A DNA stretch of 63,966 nt, counting the filler, from Malassezia furfur (Eukaryota): NCBI GenBank assembly GCA_052055015.1. It is 4 parts of 4 records of this genome, joined end to end, with 100 filler letters (N's around TTAATTAATTAA, not from the genome) between each part and the next. Parts side by side here need not be neighbours in the genome. Positions count along the whole stretch, not along the records: positions 1 to 17,839 come from JBQJIT010000214.1; 3 more parts are not named here. The stretch is one strand, 5' to 3'. The notes below the pieces were generated by a model. That model saw only the letters and a list, made by a program, of their open reading frames with translations. It made no database searches and had not been told where the DNA came from. Shown here piece after piece: positions 1-12,453 of the stretch (position 1 is the first letter of the stretch; each line of letters starts with the position of its first letter). The position numbers and the translations under genes are program-made.

Positions 1-1
1 C

Positions 2-2764
2 CGTGCGCACCGCGCGCTCGATGCGCCCCGCCACGACGTCGCGCACGAGGTGCACAAGCGCGCGGCGGTAGCGGCGCTCTGCAACGACGTGGGCGCGCCC
101 GGCAGGGTGCGTCGCGAATGCCGAGCGCGCCGCGTTGCGCTCCTGCAGTCGGAGCGCCTCGTGCAGCTCCGCGGCGTCGGGCGCTCGCCGCAGCTGCTTT
201 TGGACGTAGTTGCCCGCGCGCTTGAGCATGCGCCGGTGTGCGTAGTGCGGGCGCAGGCCGTGCTCGAGGCACTCGGCGTAGAACTGCTGGGCGCCCACGT
301 AGTCGCGCGCCTGCATCCGCCGCTGAAAGTGCCGCGTGACCGCCGACGCGTTCTGCGCGAGCGCCGCATCCACGACGTGCTCGGCAGGGGCGTCGGGCGT
401 GCCGAGGTGCCGCGTGCGCGCCAGCGCGAGCGAGTCGCACAGCGGCGCGTCAAGCGCTAGCCCGGCACGCGCCATCTCGTGCTCCTCGCGGTGCACGCCG
501 CGCCAGTCGCCCGCGTCGGCCAATGCCGTGAGGAGCGCCGCGTACATGGCGCGCGTCGGTGCCACGTCCCACGCCCGAAGCGCGACACGCAGCACCCACT
601 GCGCCTCGGCGGTGCGTTGTGCGCGGCACAGGCTCTGCACGAGCGGCACGAGGTGCATCGCGCGCGGGCGCACGTCGGCGTCCAGCAGCGCACGGAACGC
701 GGCCTGGGCGCCGTCCGCGTCGCCCTGCGCGGCACACAGACGCAGCCGCGCGGCACTCGCGAGCGCGCCATGCTCGACACGCGACGTAGGCTCCGTGTCA
801 CGCGGGGCGTGCGCCGACGTCCACGGCTCGTGCGCCGCGGGCTGCAGCGGTGTATCGCGCACCCACACGTACGACGCGTCGCGCGACTCGCCGTGTGCGG
901 GGCGCGCACCAGCCGCGCTCTGCTGCCGCACGCCCTGCAGCAGCGCAAGCTGCGCCTCGTCCTCAAAGCCGAGCGTGGCGAGTGCCTCGCGCAGCTTGGC
1001 GAGGCGCGCGGTCCCCGGGTCGATGGGCGTCGGCGCCGGGCCGCCCACCCACGGCGTGTGGTGCGCGAGCTGCCGCACGAGCTGCTGCATCTCGCCATAG
1101 TGGCCCGCGACCGAGGCGAGCAGCATGCGTGCAAGCGCGCGGCGGATGCGCCCATTGGGCTTGAGACGCACGCGCGCCGCGTCTTCGAGGACGGCGCGCG
1201 CGTACGCTGCGTCCTGCAGCGCACCAGCGCATGCAAGTAGCGCCGCCGTGACGATCGAGCCGCGCTCGACGGCGGCCGCAGGCAGTGCAGCGATGGGCCC
1301 GGCGAAGTCTGCCGCGTCGGCCGCCGTCTCGGACGGCAGCGGTGTGCCGACGACGCGCGCGGCAAACGCCGCGGCTGTATGCGGCGTGCCGGCGGCGACG
1401 CACGCGTGCACCACGCCGGCGACCGCGTGTTGCAGCGCTGCATGATCCGCGCTGCGTCCGGCGATGGGCTGCCGCTCCTCGACGACAGCGCGCGGCGTCG
1501 CATCGGGTGCGGCACGCAGCGCCGCCGCGAACAGCGTGAGTGCCCATGCCGGCATCGCTCGGTGGCCACACCACGTCGCGGCGCGCGCGAGCGCCGCGGC
1601 TGACGCGGGCACGGCACGTGCGGCGAGCGCAGCACACACGCTCGGCGGCAGGTGCACCGGTGCGCCGTGCGCCGGTGGGCCGGGCGGTGCGACACCAAAC
1701 AGCGCGAGGAGCGAGGGTATGTGGTCGCTGTGGGTGTCGTGCGCGCGCCGGACAAGCGCGTCAAGCAACGCGCGAGGGGACGACTGGGCGTCGTCGGAGA
1801 GGTCCGCGAGAAGCGGTCGTAGTGGTGGATGGGCATATGCCAGGCTTAGGTACGTTGTGCACGCCAGCGGGTACGTTTCGGGGAGCGCGTCCAGCGCACG
1901 CACGAGCTGAGAGGCGTCACGGCGCCCCGCGGCATGGTATGCATGCAGTTCGTGCGTGTAGGCCGGCACCTGGGTCTGGGCTTGCGCCGCCGCGTCGTAG
2001 TCGGCGTCGCGTCCAAGCGCGTCGAGCGCCAAGAGACGCGCGTGGTGCATGGCGTCGTCGGGCGCCCCCGCATGGTGCTGGGTAGCGAGGTGCAGCACCT
2101 GCAGCACGCTCTCCATCTCGCCCGCCTGCCCGAGGCGCTGCGCCATGCGCCGAAAATGGACGCGGTCGACGTCGCCGACGTGCAGGTGGGCGTAGGTGAG
2201 CAGCTTGCACGCAAGTGCAAACGCGGCGTCGGTGTGCACAGCAACGAGAGCCTCGGCCGCAATCCCAAGAATCGCTGCAGCGTCGGCGTCCGCGGTAGGG
2301 GTGCGAAGGAAAGAGGTATACGCGAGCGCCAGCGCGGCTTGCACGGCAGCAAGAGCGGTGTCGGGTGGGGGGTCGTGCTCGAGCACGTCACGCAGCATCG
2401 CAAGTACGCGTGCTGCATCTTTTGTACAGGTAGGCGACGCCGCGAGCGCCGCGGCGTGCTCCGCGACGGGCGGGTCGGTGCTCACATGCGCCCAGCTGTG
2501 CTGCATCGCTTGCCGCTCGCTCGGCGGCGGGCGCCAGACCGGCGCGGCACCTGCCGCCGCGCGCGATGTACATGCACTGTGTATGGGTGCCACAAGCCAT
2601 GCAGGTGGGTGCGGCACAAAGCAAGCAGCGAGCCGCGCACACGGGCGCGCGGGCGACACGCACCGTAGCGCTGGCAGCCGCGACGGCCCAGCATAGGGAC
2701 GCGGAAGGGCGCGCCAGGACGCGTGCAGGCCCGCGTACCGCGGGACCTGCCGCGGAGGTGGCAT
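2..2764 (-). CDS. Large alpha-helical repeat protein, probably a mitochondrial PPR-like RNA-binding protein; 3' end runs off the window
   Basis: ATG at 2764 (MPPPRQVPRYAGLHASWRALPRP..., Arg-rich, no acidic residues, presequence-like). No stop seen in the portions hand-translated, and the frame is still open at the window edge, which would explain its absence from the ORF track. PPR-like segment VTAALLACAGALQDAAYARAVLEDAARVRLKPNGRIRRAL. Confidence 0.55.
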   Translation of the reverse strand, partial: MPPPRQVPRYAGLHASWRALPRPYAGPSRLPALRCVSPARPCARLAACFVPHPPAWLVAPIHSACTSRAAAGAAPVWRPPPSERQAMQHSWAHVSTDPPVAEHAAALAASPTCTKDAARVLAMLRDVLEHDPPPDTALAAVQAALALAYTSFLRTPTADADAAAILGIAAEALVAVHTDAAFALACKLLTYAHLHVGDVDRVHFRRMAQRLGQAGEMESVLQVLHLATQHHAGAPDDAMHHARLLALDALGRDADYDAAAQAQTQVPAYTHELHAYHAAGRRDASQLVRALDALPETYPLACTTYLSLAYAHPPLRPLLADLSDDAQSSPRALLDALVRRAHDTHSDHIPSLLALFGVAPPGPPAHGAPVHLPPSVCAALAARAVPASAAALARAATWCGHRAMPAWALTLFAAALRAAPDATPRAVVEERQPIAGRSADHAALQHAVAGVVHACVAAGTPHTAAAFAARVVGTPLPSETAADAADFAGPIAALPAAAVERGSIVTAALLACAGALQDAAYARAVLEDAARVRLKPNGRIRRALARMLLASVAGHYGEMQQLVRQLAHHTPWVGGPAPTPIDPGTARLAKLREALATLGFEDEAQLALLQGVRQQSAAGARPAHGESRDASYVWVRDTPLQPAAHEPWTSAHAPRDTEPTSRVEHGALASAARLRLCAAQGDADGAQAAFRALLDADVRPRAMHLVPLVQSLCRAQRTAEAQWVLRVALRAWDVAPTRAMYAALLTALADAGDWRGVHREEHEMARAGLALDAPLCDSLALARTRHLGTPDAPAEHVVDAALAQNASAVTRHFQRRMQARDYVGAQQFYAECLEHGLRPHYAHRRMLKRAGNYVQKQLRRAPDAAELHEALRLQERNAARSAFATHPAGRAHVVAERRYRRALVHLVRDVVAGRIERAVRT

Positions 2765-2908
2765 GAAACGTATCTAGGCGCGCCAGCAGCCAAGCCGCAT
2801 CGATTGCGGACGCTGCACACTCGTCCGCGTCCGCAAGAAGGCGGCTGAGAAACCGGCGCGCGCTGGTGCAACGGCTGACTAAGCAATTGCAGAAGCTGGC
2901 AGGAGGGT

Positions 2909-3866
2909 CTATGGAAGGGCGCGCGCTGGCACTGCGCGCGTCTTGCGCACGTAGCGCTTCGCAAACACACCCTTGCTCAGGCGCACGACACTTGGCTTGG
3001 AGGCGGTAACGATGCGCGTCGGCGATACACGACCTTCCCGCGTGCGGATCGGCTGCGCGACCTCAGCGCGCTGGCCAACCCGAGCCGCCTGCTCCGGCGA
3101 GAGCTGGCCGGCGTACAGGCGCTGGCCCGCCTTGGGCCGCGTGAGGATGCGTCCACGACTCGGGCGCGAGAGCTCCATGGCGTCCCAACGCGCCGCGTCG
3201 TCGCGCCAGCGGCCCTCGACATTTTCAGCGGCGCGCAGCTGTTCAAGATACTGCGCAGCCTTTTGGGCCAGCTCGGTACGCGCAGCCTCGCCACGGTAAC
3301 GCACAAGCTTGGCGATGTTGCGGCGCGTCAGCGGCGCAAACCGCTCGTCGCGCTCCAGCGGTACTTCCGGCTGCGCCGCCAGCAGCGTATGCAGCTCTGC
3401 CAGGCCGACGTTGCGCTGCGCGCGGCGCAGCATGATATCTGTCTCTCGCGCCATAGCACGCGCCGTCATGTCCAGCTTGACGTCCGTTGGGTTGTCGACA
3501 AGCTCGAGAATGGCGCGGGGCGCATGGTCACCCTTGCGGTGGCCCATGAGGTGGATGCGCGTGTAGCCGCCGGGGCGCTCAGCGTACCGCTGTGCCATGG
3601 CGGCGAGCCGCGGCATAGACTCACCCGTGGCAAACAGGTAAGACTGCGCGCTCGACAGTGCCGTGGGCGTGCCGCGCTTGCCAAGGGTGATGATTTTTTC
3701 CGCCTGGCGCGCGGCTTCCTTCGCCTTGGCGACGGTCGTGACGATGCGCTCGTGCGCGAGCAGAGACGTCACGAGGTTTCGGAGTAGATGGTTCCGATGC
3801 GACGCTGCCGTTAGTCGCTATCCACGTACACGAGCGATTCAGCTTGCGGAACGCGAGGCCCTTCAT
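2909..3866 (-). CDS. MRPL8: Mitochondrial ribosomal protein bL17m
   Basis: MKGLAFRKLNRS|SSHRNHLLRNLVTSLLAHERIVTTVAKAKE...RYAERPGGYTRI...GDHAPRAILELVD is the L17 signature. One 25-nt intron at 3805-3829. Confidence 0.92.
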
Positions 3867-3975
3867 CACGTCGTCGTGCCAACCGCCGTGCGCGCCGCTT
3901 CTTCGCAACTCGGCCGAAAATTGTCGGCGGCCCGGCCGCGGTGCGGCGGGCGTCTCTCTTACCCAACCCACCGAG

Positions 3976-4441
3976 ATGCTCTCGACGTCGCTCAAGATGA
4001 TTCCCCGCACGCTGCGTGCCGCCCCTGCGATTGCCCGCGCGGCGCCGGCGATGCGCATGCAGGTCGCGCGTGCCCCTGTTGCGTTCCCCAGCCTGGCGCG
4101 CACTTACGCGTCTGGCGGCGGTCTGTCGAAGGACGAGATCAAGACGCGCATTGAGGACGTCCTCAAGAGCTTCGAGAAGGTCGACCCTGCGCTGGTGACG
4201 CCCACCGCTTCGTTCACTGGCGACCTCGGCCTGGACAGCCTGGACGCCGTCGAGGTGGTCATGGCGATCGAGGAGGAGTTCAACATTGTACGTCCCAACC
4301 AGCACCGTATCAGGCTAACCGCAGGAAATCCCTGACGCCGAGGCGGACAACATCACCACCGTCCAGCAGGCGATTGACTACATCCAGCACACTCCGGACG
4401 GTACGTTGGCCTTACATACTCACACCCGTGCAGCGGTATAA
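3976..4441 (+). CDS. ACP1: Mitochondrial acyl carrier protein (NDUFAB1 homolog)
   Basis: Presequence followed by DLGLDSLDAVEVVMAIEEEF (phosphopantetheine Ser). Removing two GTACGT...CAG introns gives EIPDAEADNITTVQQAIDYI...TAA. Confidence 0.95.
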
Positions 4442-4597
4442 GGCATTCGCCATTCGCGCATGCATACGAGATAGCTTCGCTAGGTGCAAGGTCGAATCTC
4501 TATGTACGGCAGCCGCGCCGTAGTGTACACACGGGCAACCATGATTAGGGAAGGGCGGTGCCGGCCCGTGCGTGTGCATCCAGGCCGTGCGCGCGCC

Positions 4598-6565
4598 TCA
4601 CCAGGGCTCACCCTTGGCTGCCGCATCCAACTTGAGCGCGGCCATCGCCGCCGGTGTATCGTCAATGTCCACATTGTTTTGCTCGTTTCCCCAGTCCACG
4701 GCACCGAATCGGCTCTCGAGGCTGCTGCCAGAGCCCTCGTAGGTGCCGCTGTAGCTGAATCCCCGAAACTTTTCCTGGACGCTCCGGGACAAAGGCTCCT
4801 CGGCGTCGTCCGGCGTGCGGTCCGCGTTCGGCTTCTTGATCGCAACGCTCTTGGGGTTCGACTCGGGTGAGGGCTGCTTGGTTGAGGACGAGTTGGTCGA
4901 GCCACTGCCTGAGCTCGACGCACCGGCCTCATCGAGGTTCACGTCACCGACAAAGTCGGCGACCTGGGCAAGGTCGGTGTTGGTGAACTCGGGGTCAAAG
5001 TTCGCCACGCTCTCATCCGACTCGACCAGTGGCTTAAACACGGGCGGGATCTGCTTGCGGAGCAGCGCGTCCCAGTCAATGTCCTTGAAGAAGGGATGCT
5101 CCTTGAGGTCCTGCGCGTCGTTCTGCGCACCTAGCCGGTGCTTGGGGTTGCGGTTGAGCAGCCCCTTGACAAACTGCTTGCCGTTGTCGCCGATTGCACC
5201 GCGCGGGAACTTGATCTTGCCGAAGCAAATGTTGCGGTACATTTGTTGCGTGTCTTCCGCATAGAAGGGCGACCATCCACAGCACATTTCGAACAGCAGC
5301 ACACCCAAGCTCCAGAAGTCGACCAGCTTACTGTAGCCTGTCTCATCAAGCAGGATCTCGGGTGCAAGGTACTCGGTGGTGCCGCAGAACGTGTTGGTCA
5401 GCTGCCCTGCACCGAGGTCCGCCTTGCTCAGCCCAAAGTCACACAATGCCACGTGGCCGGTCGCGTCGAGCAAAATGTTTTCTGGCTTGAGGTCGCGGTA
5501 GACAATGTTGTACTTGTGCAGATGCTCCAGCGCGAGGATCAGCTCGGCAATGTAGAAGCGCGCGCGCGCCTCAGTGAAGCGGCCTTCTCGCTGCAAATGC
5601 CAGAACAGCTCGCCACCCGATTTGTAGTCGGTCACGAAAAATAGCTCCGTCTCCGACTGGAAACTGAACTTAAGGCCCACCAGGAAGGGGCAGTCAAGAC
5701 TCTTTTCGAGAATCTTGCGCTCACCCATGGTGTGATTGACCTCTTTTTTAAGCGCAATCTCGCGCTTAGACAGGACCTTCATCGCATAGATACGCTTCGT
5801 GTCGCGCTTGCGCACCTGAAACACGCGCCCAAACGTCCCGCGTCCGATCAGCTTGAGAAACTCAAAGTCGCGTGCGGTCAGTTTGCGCGGGGCCAGCCGC
5901 TCGTAAGAGATCTGCAGTCGGATCTCACCGCGTGCCTGACGATCGCCGTTCGCACCGTCGTCGTCGTCGCGCGAATACAGCGTATACCACTGGTTCGTCG
6001 ACGAGCGGTGCACAAGGCGCGGTGTAAGTTCACGCGTGCCAATCAGCTCCTCCTTGCTGCCCACCCGGTCGTATACGGAGATATAGAGCAGCTGGTTGCT
6101 CGACGTCACGTCGAAAGTCACCTCGTGCTGCCACACTGGGTTGGCGCACTTGCCCGCGCCGTCCATATTGCAATCCTCGGCATCGTACTCCTCACCAATA
6201 AATTCGTTTTTGTCGAACTGCACCACGACATAGGGGCGGGAATGCTCCGTCGATGCAACGTCCAAGTGCCGCCCCTCGATCACACGCACGCGCAAACACC
6301 CGACGGGCGCGCCGCCTGTTGTGCGGGTGTCTTGGGAATCTGAGCGCACCTTGGGCTTCGGAGGCGGCAGCTTCATCGTGAAGTCAGGTGCCGTACGCGT
6401 TACCGAGGTGGTGGGGACACCGGCCAAGGACGTCGGCATATGGTTCGGGTTGTAGCCCGGCGTGAGTAGCCCGCTCGAAGTCGAGGCAGTCCGCTCGCCT
6501 GCTCTCCCTGGATCTTTGTGTTGTGTTGTATGTTCGTGCAGCGAGTCAAACGGGTTGCGCTCCAT
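4598..6565 (-). CDS. SCH9: AGC Ser/Thr kinase Sch9/Sck1 (C2 domain + kinase + AGC C-tail)
   Basis: C2 domain, GRGTFGRVFQVRKRDTKRIYAMKVLSK, YRDLKPENILLDATGHVALCDFGLSKA, TNTFCGTTEYLAPE, hydrophobic motif FRGFSY. Confidence 0.92.
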   Translation of the reverse strand: MERNPFDSLHEHTTQHKDPGRAGERTASTSSGLLTPGYNPNHMPTSLAGVPTTSVTRTAPDFTMKLPPPKPKVRSDSQDTRTTGGAPVGCLRVRVIEGRHLDVASTEHSRPYVVVQFDKNEFIGEEYDAEDCNMDGAGKCANPVWQHEVTFDVTSSNQLLYISVYDRVGSKEELIGTRELTPRLVHRSSTNQWYTLYSRDDDDGANGDRQARGEIRLQISYERLAPRKLTARDFEFLKLIGRGTFGRVFQVRKRDTKRIYAMKVLSKREIALKKEVNHTMGERKILEKSLDCPFLVGLKFSFQSETELFFVTDYKSGGELFWHLQREGRFTEARARFYIAELILALEHLHKYNIVYRDLKPENILLDATGHVALCDFGLSKADLGAGQLTNTFCGTTEYLAPEILLDETGYSKLVDFWSLGVLLFEMCCGWSPFYAEDTQQMYRNICFGKIKFPRGAIGDNGKQFVKGLLNRNPKHRLGAQNDAQDLKEHPFFKDIDWDALLRKQIPPVFKPLVESDESVANFDPEFTNTDLAQVADFVGDVNLDEAGASSSGSGSTNSSSTKQPSPESNPKSVAIKKPNADRTPDDAEEPLSRSVQEKFRGFSYSGTYEGSGSSLESRFGAVDWGNEQNNVDIDDTPAAMAALKLDAAAKGEPW

Positions 6566-6915
6566 GCCGGCCGGCTGCGCCTTGGGCGTCGCCTGTGGTC
6601 AGCCCAACACAGCCTCATATGGCAAGACGTACCTGGTCGTAGGGACCGCTGAAAAACCCCTGCACCGCCATGATATATGCTGTACGCTCCGTACGCAACT
6701 ACCCACGGGCACACGAGCAATACACACTCGCAACGACCCAAACTCGTGGCGTCGCTCTTTCACCCACGGCGCAAAGCGGTGTATGCGGACGTAGCCCCGA
6801 AATTTGCCCACGTGAGGGCCCTCTGGACGAAGTGGAGGCGCGTATCGGGGGCGCCACCCCGCAGCTGGGGAACGCCGCGGGCAGACGCCGCAGGCTTGTT
6901 GCACGTGGCTACGTT

Positions 6916-9514
6916 CTATGACTGCGCACGCGCCGACGGCATCCATGCAGCACGCGCATGGGCGCGCTCGGCCGCATGGGCGTCCAGTGTCGCACGGTCA
7001 GCAAATGCGTCCGCGCGTGGCCATTGCGCTCGCGCCGCCTCGACCAGCGCCGAGGCGCTGCACGCGGCCGGCAGCGACGAGTGAGTCTCAAGGTGCTGCA
7101 GGAATGCCAGCGCTTCTTCGAGCGCGCTGAGCGGCGCGGCGTCGGTGCCGCGCACCAGTGCCAGCGCCAACTCGGCGGCCTCGGGCGCACGCTCTGCGCC
7201 GTACGCTTCCCACAGGCCCCGCGCAGCGCCCAGGCGGTGCTGCGCCGAGAGAGATCCGTAGCGCTGAACGTACTCGGTCTGGATCGCATCGATCGGGGCG
7301 GTGAGTTGCGGCAGGTCGCGCGCCAGCTCGTCAACGGCCTTGGTGGCAGCGTCGGGCAGCGTGGCCGCGTCAGCAGCACGGCGGAAACGCAGCAGCGCCA
7401 CGTGTAGCCGCGGGTCCGCCGGGTCGATGGCATGCGCTTGCACGAGCGCACGGAGCGCCAGCAGCCACTTTTGCTCGCGCACGGCCACCTCGAGCGCACC
7501 AAACCACGTCTCAATCGCGTGCGGCGCCGACTCTTGCAGCTTGCGCACAAAGCGGTGCGCGTCGGCCAGCGGCTGGCTCGTCGCGAGCAGCGCCGCACCG
7601 TACGGGTCGGCGTCCTTGGCGGGCAGCATCTCGTCCTCGCTCGCCTTTTCGAGCGCCTTGGCTGCAGCAGCCTGCAGCTCGGCGCGTGCCGCCGCCTTGC
7701 TGGTCGTCAGCTCGGCGCGACGCTGCGCGGCCTTGGCCGCGGCATCGTCCTGCGCCTGCTGCTCGTCGTGCAGCTGGCTATAGAGGCGGATGGCGCTATA
7801 CGCCGCACGGACATACGTCGGGCGCGCGTACAAATTGTCCTCAAAGTGGACCGTCGACACATACGCACGCAGGGTCATCTTGCGCAGACAGTATGAGTGG
7901 AAGTCGAGCTGGTCGTCGTAGATTTCAGCGAGGATCTTGTCGATCTGGTGGTAGCGCTTGAGCGCCAGCGCATCATCGCCGACGCGCTGCTGCGCTGCAG
8001 CATCCTCCAGCAGGAAGCCGACTGCCTGCATGTCCACCAAATCCGACATCGGGTCCGGCACGTCCGGCTTTGTGAACAGCTTCAAGACGGCCGCCGTCTC
8101 GTCTACGCGGTTGGCGCGCAAGAGGTACTTGGCTGCCTTGGTGTTTAGGTAGCGATCTTGCCCGTCGAGTAGCCGCGCGTCCTCCATGGCGTCGCTCGCG
8201 GCCTGGTAGGCACCCGCGCGTTTCAGCACCCGTGCGCGCGTCATATGCAACTCGGGCATCGTGGGCGTGTGCACCAAGATGGAGTCGATGTATGCCAGAG
8301 CACGTTCGTGCTCACCAACGTACGAGTAATGGTGCGCGAGGAAGTACATGGCCCACAGGTACGACGACGGTGGCTCGGCCACCGGCGTGTCTTGCGTCGG
8401 GTCCCACGCGGCGCGCAGCTCCTCCACAATCTCCTCGATGGCTGCCTTCTTGGCCGCATCTGTGTAGAGCGACTTGATGTCGGAAAAGAGCGACGGGACG
8501 CCTTTGACGAGGGCACGCTCGAGGTAGTCGCGCGCGTGCTCCGCAAATACGCTGGGCGTCTGGGCAACTTCGAGCGCGACACGGCGCACCGCCGTCGACC
8601 GCGGGTAGCGCTCGGCGAGCTCGGCAAGCTTGGCCAGTACTGTTGCCTCGCGCTCCGTATCCGCGACGTTGGCCGACAGCAGGGCAAGCAGCGAGCGCAG
8701 CGTCTTGGTATTGTCTGGGTTGCGCTCAAGCAACTTGTACAGCAGCTCCTTAGCATCCTTGGTACGCTTCAGCTGCGTAAAGGCGTCGATGCGCAGCTCG
8801 TCGATAGCGGGCAGGTCAAACAGGTAGGCGCGCTTGGCGTCGAGCAAGTCGAGCACGCCCTGGGCATCACCGAGCTGGCGCAGGAGGCTTGCATGGTACA
8901 GTACCACCTCGGAGAACTCGTAGTTGTGCTTGGGGACGTCGTGCGTCACATCCTCGTAAGCGGCCAACACGCGCGCAGCCTGGGCCTTGTTGTCGGCCAA
9001 GTCGTGGGCGATCGCGAGGGCGACCCAGTTGACGCGCAGGTGCGGCTGCGCACGCAGCAGAATAAGGCGTGCCTCGATGAGCGGTGCATAGTTACGCAGC
9101 TGGAGCTGCATGTACGCCGACTCGCGAACGAGGTTGATGTTTCCCTGCGGTCAGTACAAATCCAGGAGGGCTGTGACGTACACTTTCGATGCGCAGTGCT
9201 TGGGCGTAGCACTTGAGCGATTCTTCGTAGTTGCGGTCCATGCGGTGGATAATACCAAGTGCATGCCAACAGATGAAGCTCATTAGATTGAGACGCAAGC
9301 CCTGCTTCGCGAGGCGCAGGCCCTCCTCGCGCTGGTGAATCGAAGCGAGGACGAGGCCCTTGAGCGCGAGCGTCTCGCCGTGGTCCGGGCGTGTCTTAAG
9401 GATCGCATCTGCCGTCTTAATGCCAGACTTGTACTGCCGTGTTTCGTACTCCTGGATGAGCTTGGCGAACAGAGCACGCTCCTTGGTCGAGAGCTGCACC
9501 ACCTTGGGCGGCAT
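6916..9514 (-). CDS. NAT1: NatA N-terminal acetyltransferase auxiliary subunit (Naa15)
   Basis: TPR N-terminus (YETRQYKSGIKTADAILK...HGETLALKGL), HTPTMPELHMTRARVLKRAG, LDGQDRYLNTK, DQLDFHSYCLRKMTLRAY. One 37-nt intron at 9145-9181. Confidence 0.93.
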
Positions 9515-9924
9515 GGTCGCGAGACGCGAAGATCGACCATCACGTGATGCTGCCTTCGAGGTGCGGGGGGGTCGTAGGGGTGATGGTGTGGCCTGCGGCG
9601 ATCCTCTACGGGGCTATGGCGGCTCGGCAAGGTACACGCGCTGCTGGGCGTGCGCAGTGCGGTGCGGTGCGGTGCAGGGGTAGCGGAGTGGTTTAGTCAG
9701 CGTCGAACACGTGGCCCGGTGAAGGCTGCGCGGCCTGCGTGACGTACCGGCCGAGAAGGGAGGGGACTGGCAGGAAAAAAAAGAAGGATGGAATTTGCCG
9801 CCCCGTTTTCCTCTGCACCAAACCACCGTTGGACTGGCGTTGCGCGTACGAGCGCACCCTTGCCACACGACCTACCCATTTCCCATTTCCCTCAGGTTTT
9901 GCTCGTGTGAGATAACTATCCAAT

Positions 9925-12453
9925 ATGGTGAACTTCACCGTTGATGAGATTCGCGGTCTTATGGACAAGCCGACGAACATCCGTAACATGTCGGTCATTG
10001 CCCACGTCGACCACGGCAAGTCGACGCTGACCGACTCGCTGGTGTCGAAGGCTGGTATCATTGCGCACGCCAAGGCCGGTGACATGCGCTTCATGGACAC
10101 CCGTGACGACGAGAAGGAGCGCGGTATCACGATCAAGTCGACCGCCATCTCGATGTACTTCCCCATGGCCAAGGAGGAGCTGTCGGCGATCAAGCAGCCG
10201 ACGAACGGCAACGAGTTCCTGATCAACCTGATCGACTCGCCCGGTCACGTCGACTTCTCGTCGGAGGTCACGGCCGCGCTGCGTGTGACCGACGGTGCCC
10301 TGGTCGTTGTCGACTGTATCGAGGGTGTGTGTGTGCAGACCGAGACGGTGCTCCGTCAGTCGCTCGGTGAGCGCATCAAGCCCGTGGTCTGCCTGAACAA
10401 GGTTGACCGTGCTCTGCTTGAGCTGCAGGTCGACAAGGAGGACCTGTACCAGTCGTTCCAGCGCACGATCGAGTCGGTGAACGTGGTGATCGCCACCTAC
10501 AACGACCCGGTCCTCGGTGAGTCGCAGGTGTACCCCGAGAAGGGTACCGTCGCCTTTGCCTCGGGTCTGCACGGCTGGGCGTTCACGCTGCGCCAGTTCG
10601 CTGCCCGCTACGCCAAGAAGTTCGGTGTGGACAAGGAGAAGATGATGGTCAAGCTGTGGGGTGACAACTTCTTCAACCCCAAGACCAAGAAGTGGACGAA
10701 CAAGGAGACGGACGCCGACGGCAACCGCCTCGAGCGTGCCTTCAACATGTTCGTGCTCGACCCCATCTACCGTATCTTCGACTCGATCATGAACTTCAAG
10801 AAGGAGGAGACCAAGAAGCTTCTCGAGAAGCTCGAGATCGCCCTCACCCAGGACGAGCAGGACCTTGAGGGCAAGCCGCTGCTCAAGGTGGTCATGCGCA
10901 AGTTCCTTCCCGCCGGTGACGCACTCCTGGAGATGGTTGTGATCAACCTCCCCTCGCCGGTGACCGCCCAGCGTTACCGTGTCGAGACGCTCTACGAGGG
11001 TCCTCTCGACGACGAGAACGCCATTGGTATCCGCGACTGTGACCCCAACGGTCCGCTCATGCTCTACGTGTCGAAGATGGTGCCCACCTCGGACAAGGGC
11101 CGCTTCTACGCCTTCGGCCGTATCTTCTCGGGTACGATCCGCTCGGGCCCCAAGATCCGCATCCAGGGCCCCAACTACACGCCCGGCAAGAAGGAGGACC
11201 TGTTTGTCAAGTCGATCCAGCGCACGGTGCTCATGATGGGCCGCTACATCGAGCCGATCGAGGACTGCCCGGCGGGCAACATCCTGGGTCTGGTCGGTGT
11301 CGACCAGTTCCTGCTCAAGAGCGGTACGCTGACCTCGTCGGAGACCGCGCACAACATGCGTGTCATGAAGTTCAGCGTGTCGCCCGTCGTGCAGGTCGCC
11401 GTCGAGGTGAAGAACGCCAACGACCTGCCCAAGCTGGTCGAGGGTCTCAAGCGTCTGTCCAAGTCGGACCCGTGTGTGCAGTCGTGGATTGCCGAGTCGG
11501 GTGAGCACATTGTCGCCGGTGCCGGTGAGCTGCACCTCGAGATCTGCTTGAACGACCTGCAGAACGACCACGCCGGTGTGCCGCTCAAGATCTCGGACCC
11601 CGTCGTGGGTTACCGTGAGACGGTCCAGGCCGAGTCGAGCATGACGGCGCTCTCCAAGTCGCAGAACAAGCACAACCGTCTCTACGTCACTGCGCAGCCC
11701 ATCGACGAGGAGCTCAGCAAGGAGATCGAGGCCGGCAAGGTCAACCCGCGCGACGACTTCAAGATCCGTGCCCGCTACCTCGCCGACAACTACGGCTGGG
11801 ACGTTACCGACGCCCGCAAGATTTGGTGCTTCGGCCCCGAGACGACCGGCCCCAACCTGCTCGTGGATGTCACCAAGGGTGTGCAGTACCTCAACGAAAT
11901 CAAGGACTCGTGTGTCGCTGCCTTCCAGTGGGCCACGAAGGAGGGTGTCTGCGCCGAGGAGCCGGTGCGTGGTGTGCGCTACAACATTCTCGATGTGACG
12001 CTCCACACCGACGCCATCCACCGTGGTGGTGGCCAGATCATCCCGACGTGCCGCCGCGTCTGCAACGCCGCTGCGCTGCTCGCCTCGCCCGGTCTGCAGG
12101 AGCCCATGTACCAGGTCGAGATCCAGTGCCCCGACTCGGGTCTCGGTGGTATCTACTCGACGCTCAACAAGCGTCGTGGTCAGGTGTTCTCGGAGGAGCC
12201 CCGTATTGGTACTCCGATGGTCACCGTCAAGGCGTACCTGCCCGTTAGCGAGTCGTTCGGCTTCAACGGTGACCTGCGCCAGGCCACCGGTGGCCAGGCC
12301 TTCCCCCAGAGTGTGTTCGACCACTGGGCGCTCATGAACGGTATCGCGAGCGACAAGACCGGCAAGCTCTACGAGCTGGTCAAGTCGATCCGTATCCGCA
12401 AGGGTCTCAAGGAGGACGTGCCGGACCTGAGTGTGTACTACGACAAGCTCTAA
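9925..12453 (+). CDS. EFT2: Translation elongation factor eEF2, intronless
   Basis: 842 aa; [33 protein letters not shown], diphthamide loop [17 protein letters not shown]-terminus YYDKL; strongly biased codons. Confidence 0.99.
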   Translation: MVNFTVDEIRGLMDKPTNIRNMSVIAHVDHGKSTLTDSLVSKAGIIAHAKAGDMRFMDTRDDEKERGITIKSTAISMYFPMAKEELSAIKQPTNGNEFLINLIDSPGHVDFSSEVTAALRVTDGALVVVDCIEGVCVQTETVLRQSLGERIKPVVCLNKVDRALLELQVDKEDLYQSFQRTIESVNVVIATYNDPVLGESQVYPEKGTVAFASGLHGWAFTLRQFAARYAKKFGVDKEKMMVKLWGDNFFNPKTKKWTNKETDADGNRLERAFNMFVLDPIYRIFDSIMNFKKEETKKLLEKLEIALTQDEQDLEGKPLLKVVMRKFLPAGDALLEMVVINLPSPVTAQRYRVETLYEGPLDDENAIGIRDCDPNGPLMLYVSKMVPTSDKGRFYAFGRIFSGTIRSGPKIRIQGPNYTPGKKEDLFVKSIQRTVLMMGRYIEPIEDCPAGNILGLVGVDQFLLKSGTLTSSETAHNMRVMKFSVSPVVQVAVEVKNANDLPKLVEGLKRLSKSDPCVQSWIAESGEHIVAGAGELHLEICLNDLQNDHAGVPLKISDPVVGYRETVQAESSMTALSKSQNKHNRLYVTAQPIDEELSKEIEAGKVNPRDDFKIRARYLADNYGWDVTDARKIWCFGPETTGPNLLVDVTKGVQYLNEIKDSCVAAFQWATKEGVCAEEPVRGVRYNILDVTLHTDAIHRGGGQIIPTCRRVCNAAALLASPGLQEPMYQVEIQCPDSGLGGIYSTLNKRRGQVFSEEPRIGTPMVTVKAYLPVSESFGFNGDLRQATGGQAFPQSVFDHWALMNGIASDKTGKLYELVKSIRIRKGLKEDVPDLSVYYDKL

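Noticed and set aside
9652..9676. (GCGGT)n short repeat upstream of eEF2
   Set aside because: Only about four units; no support for function.
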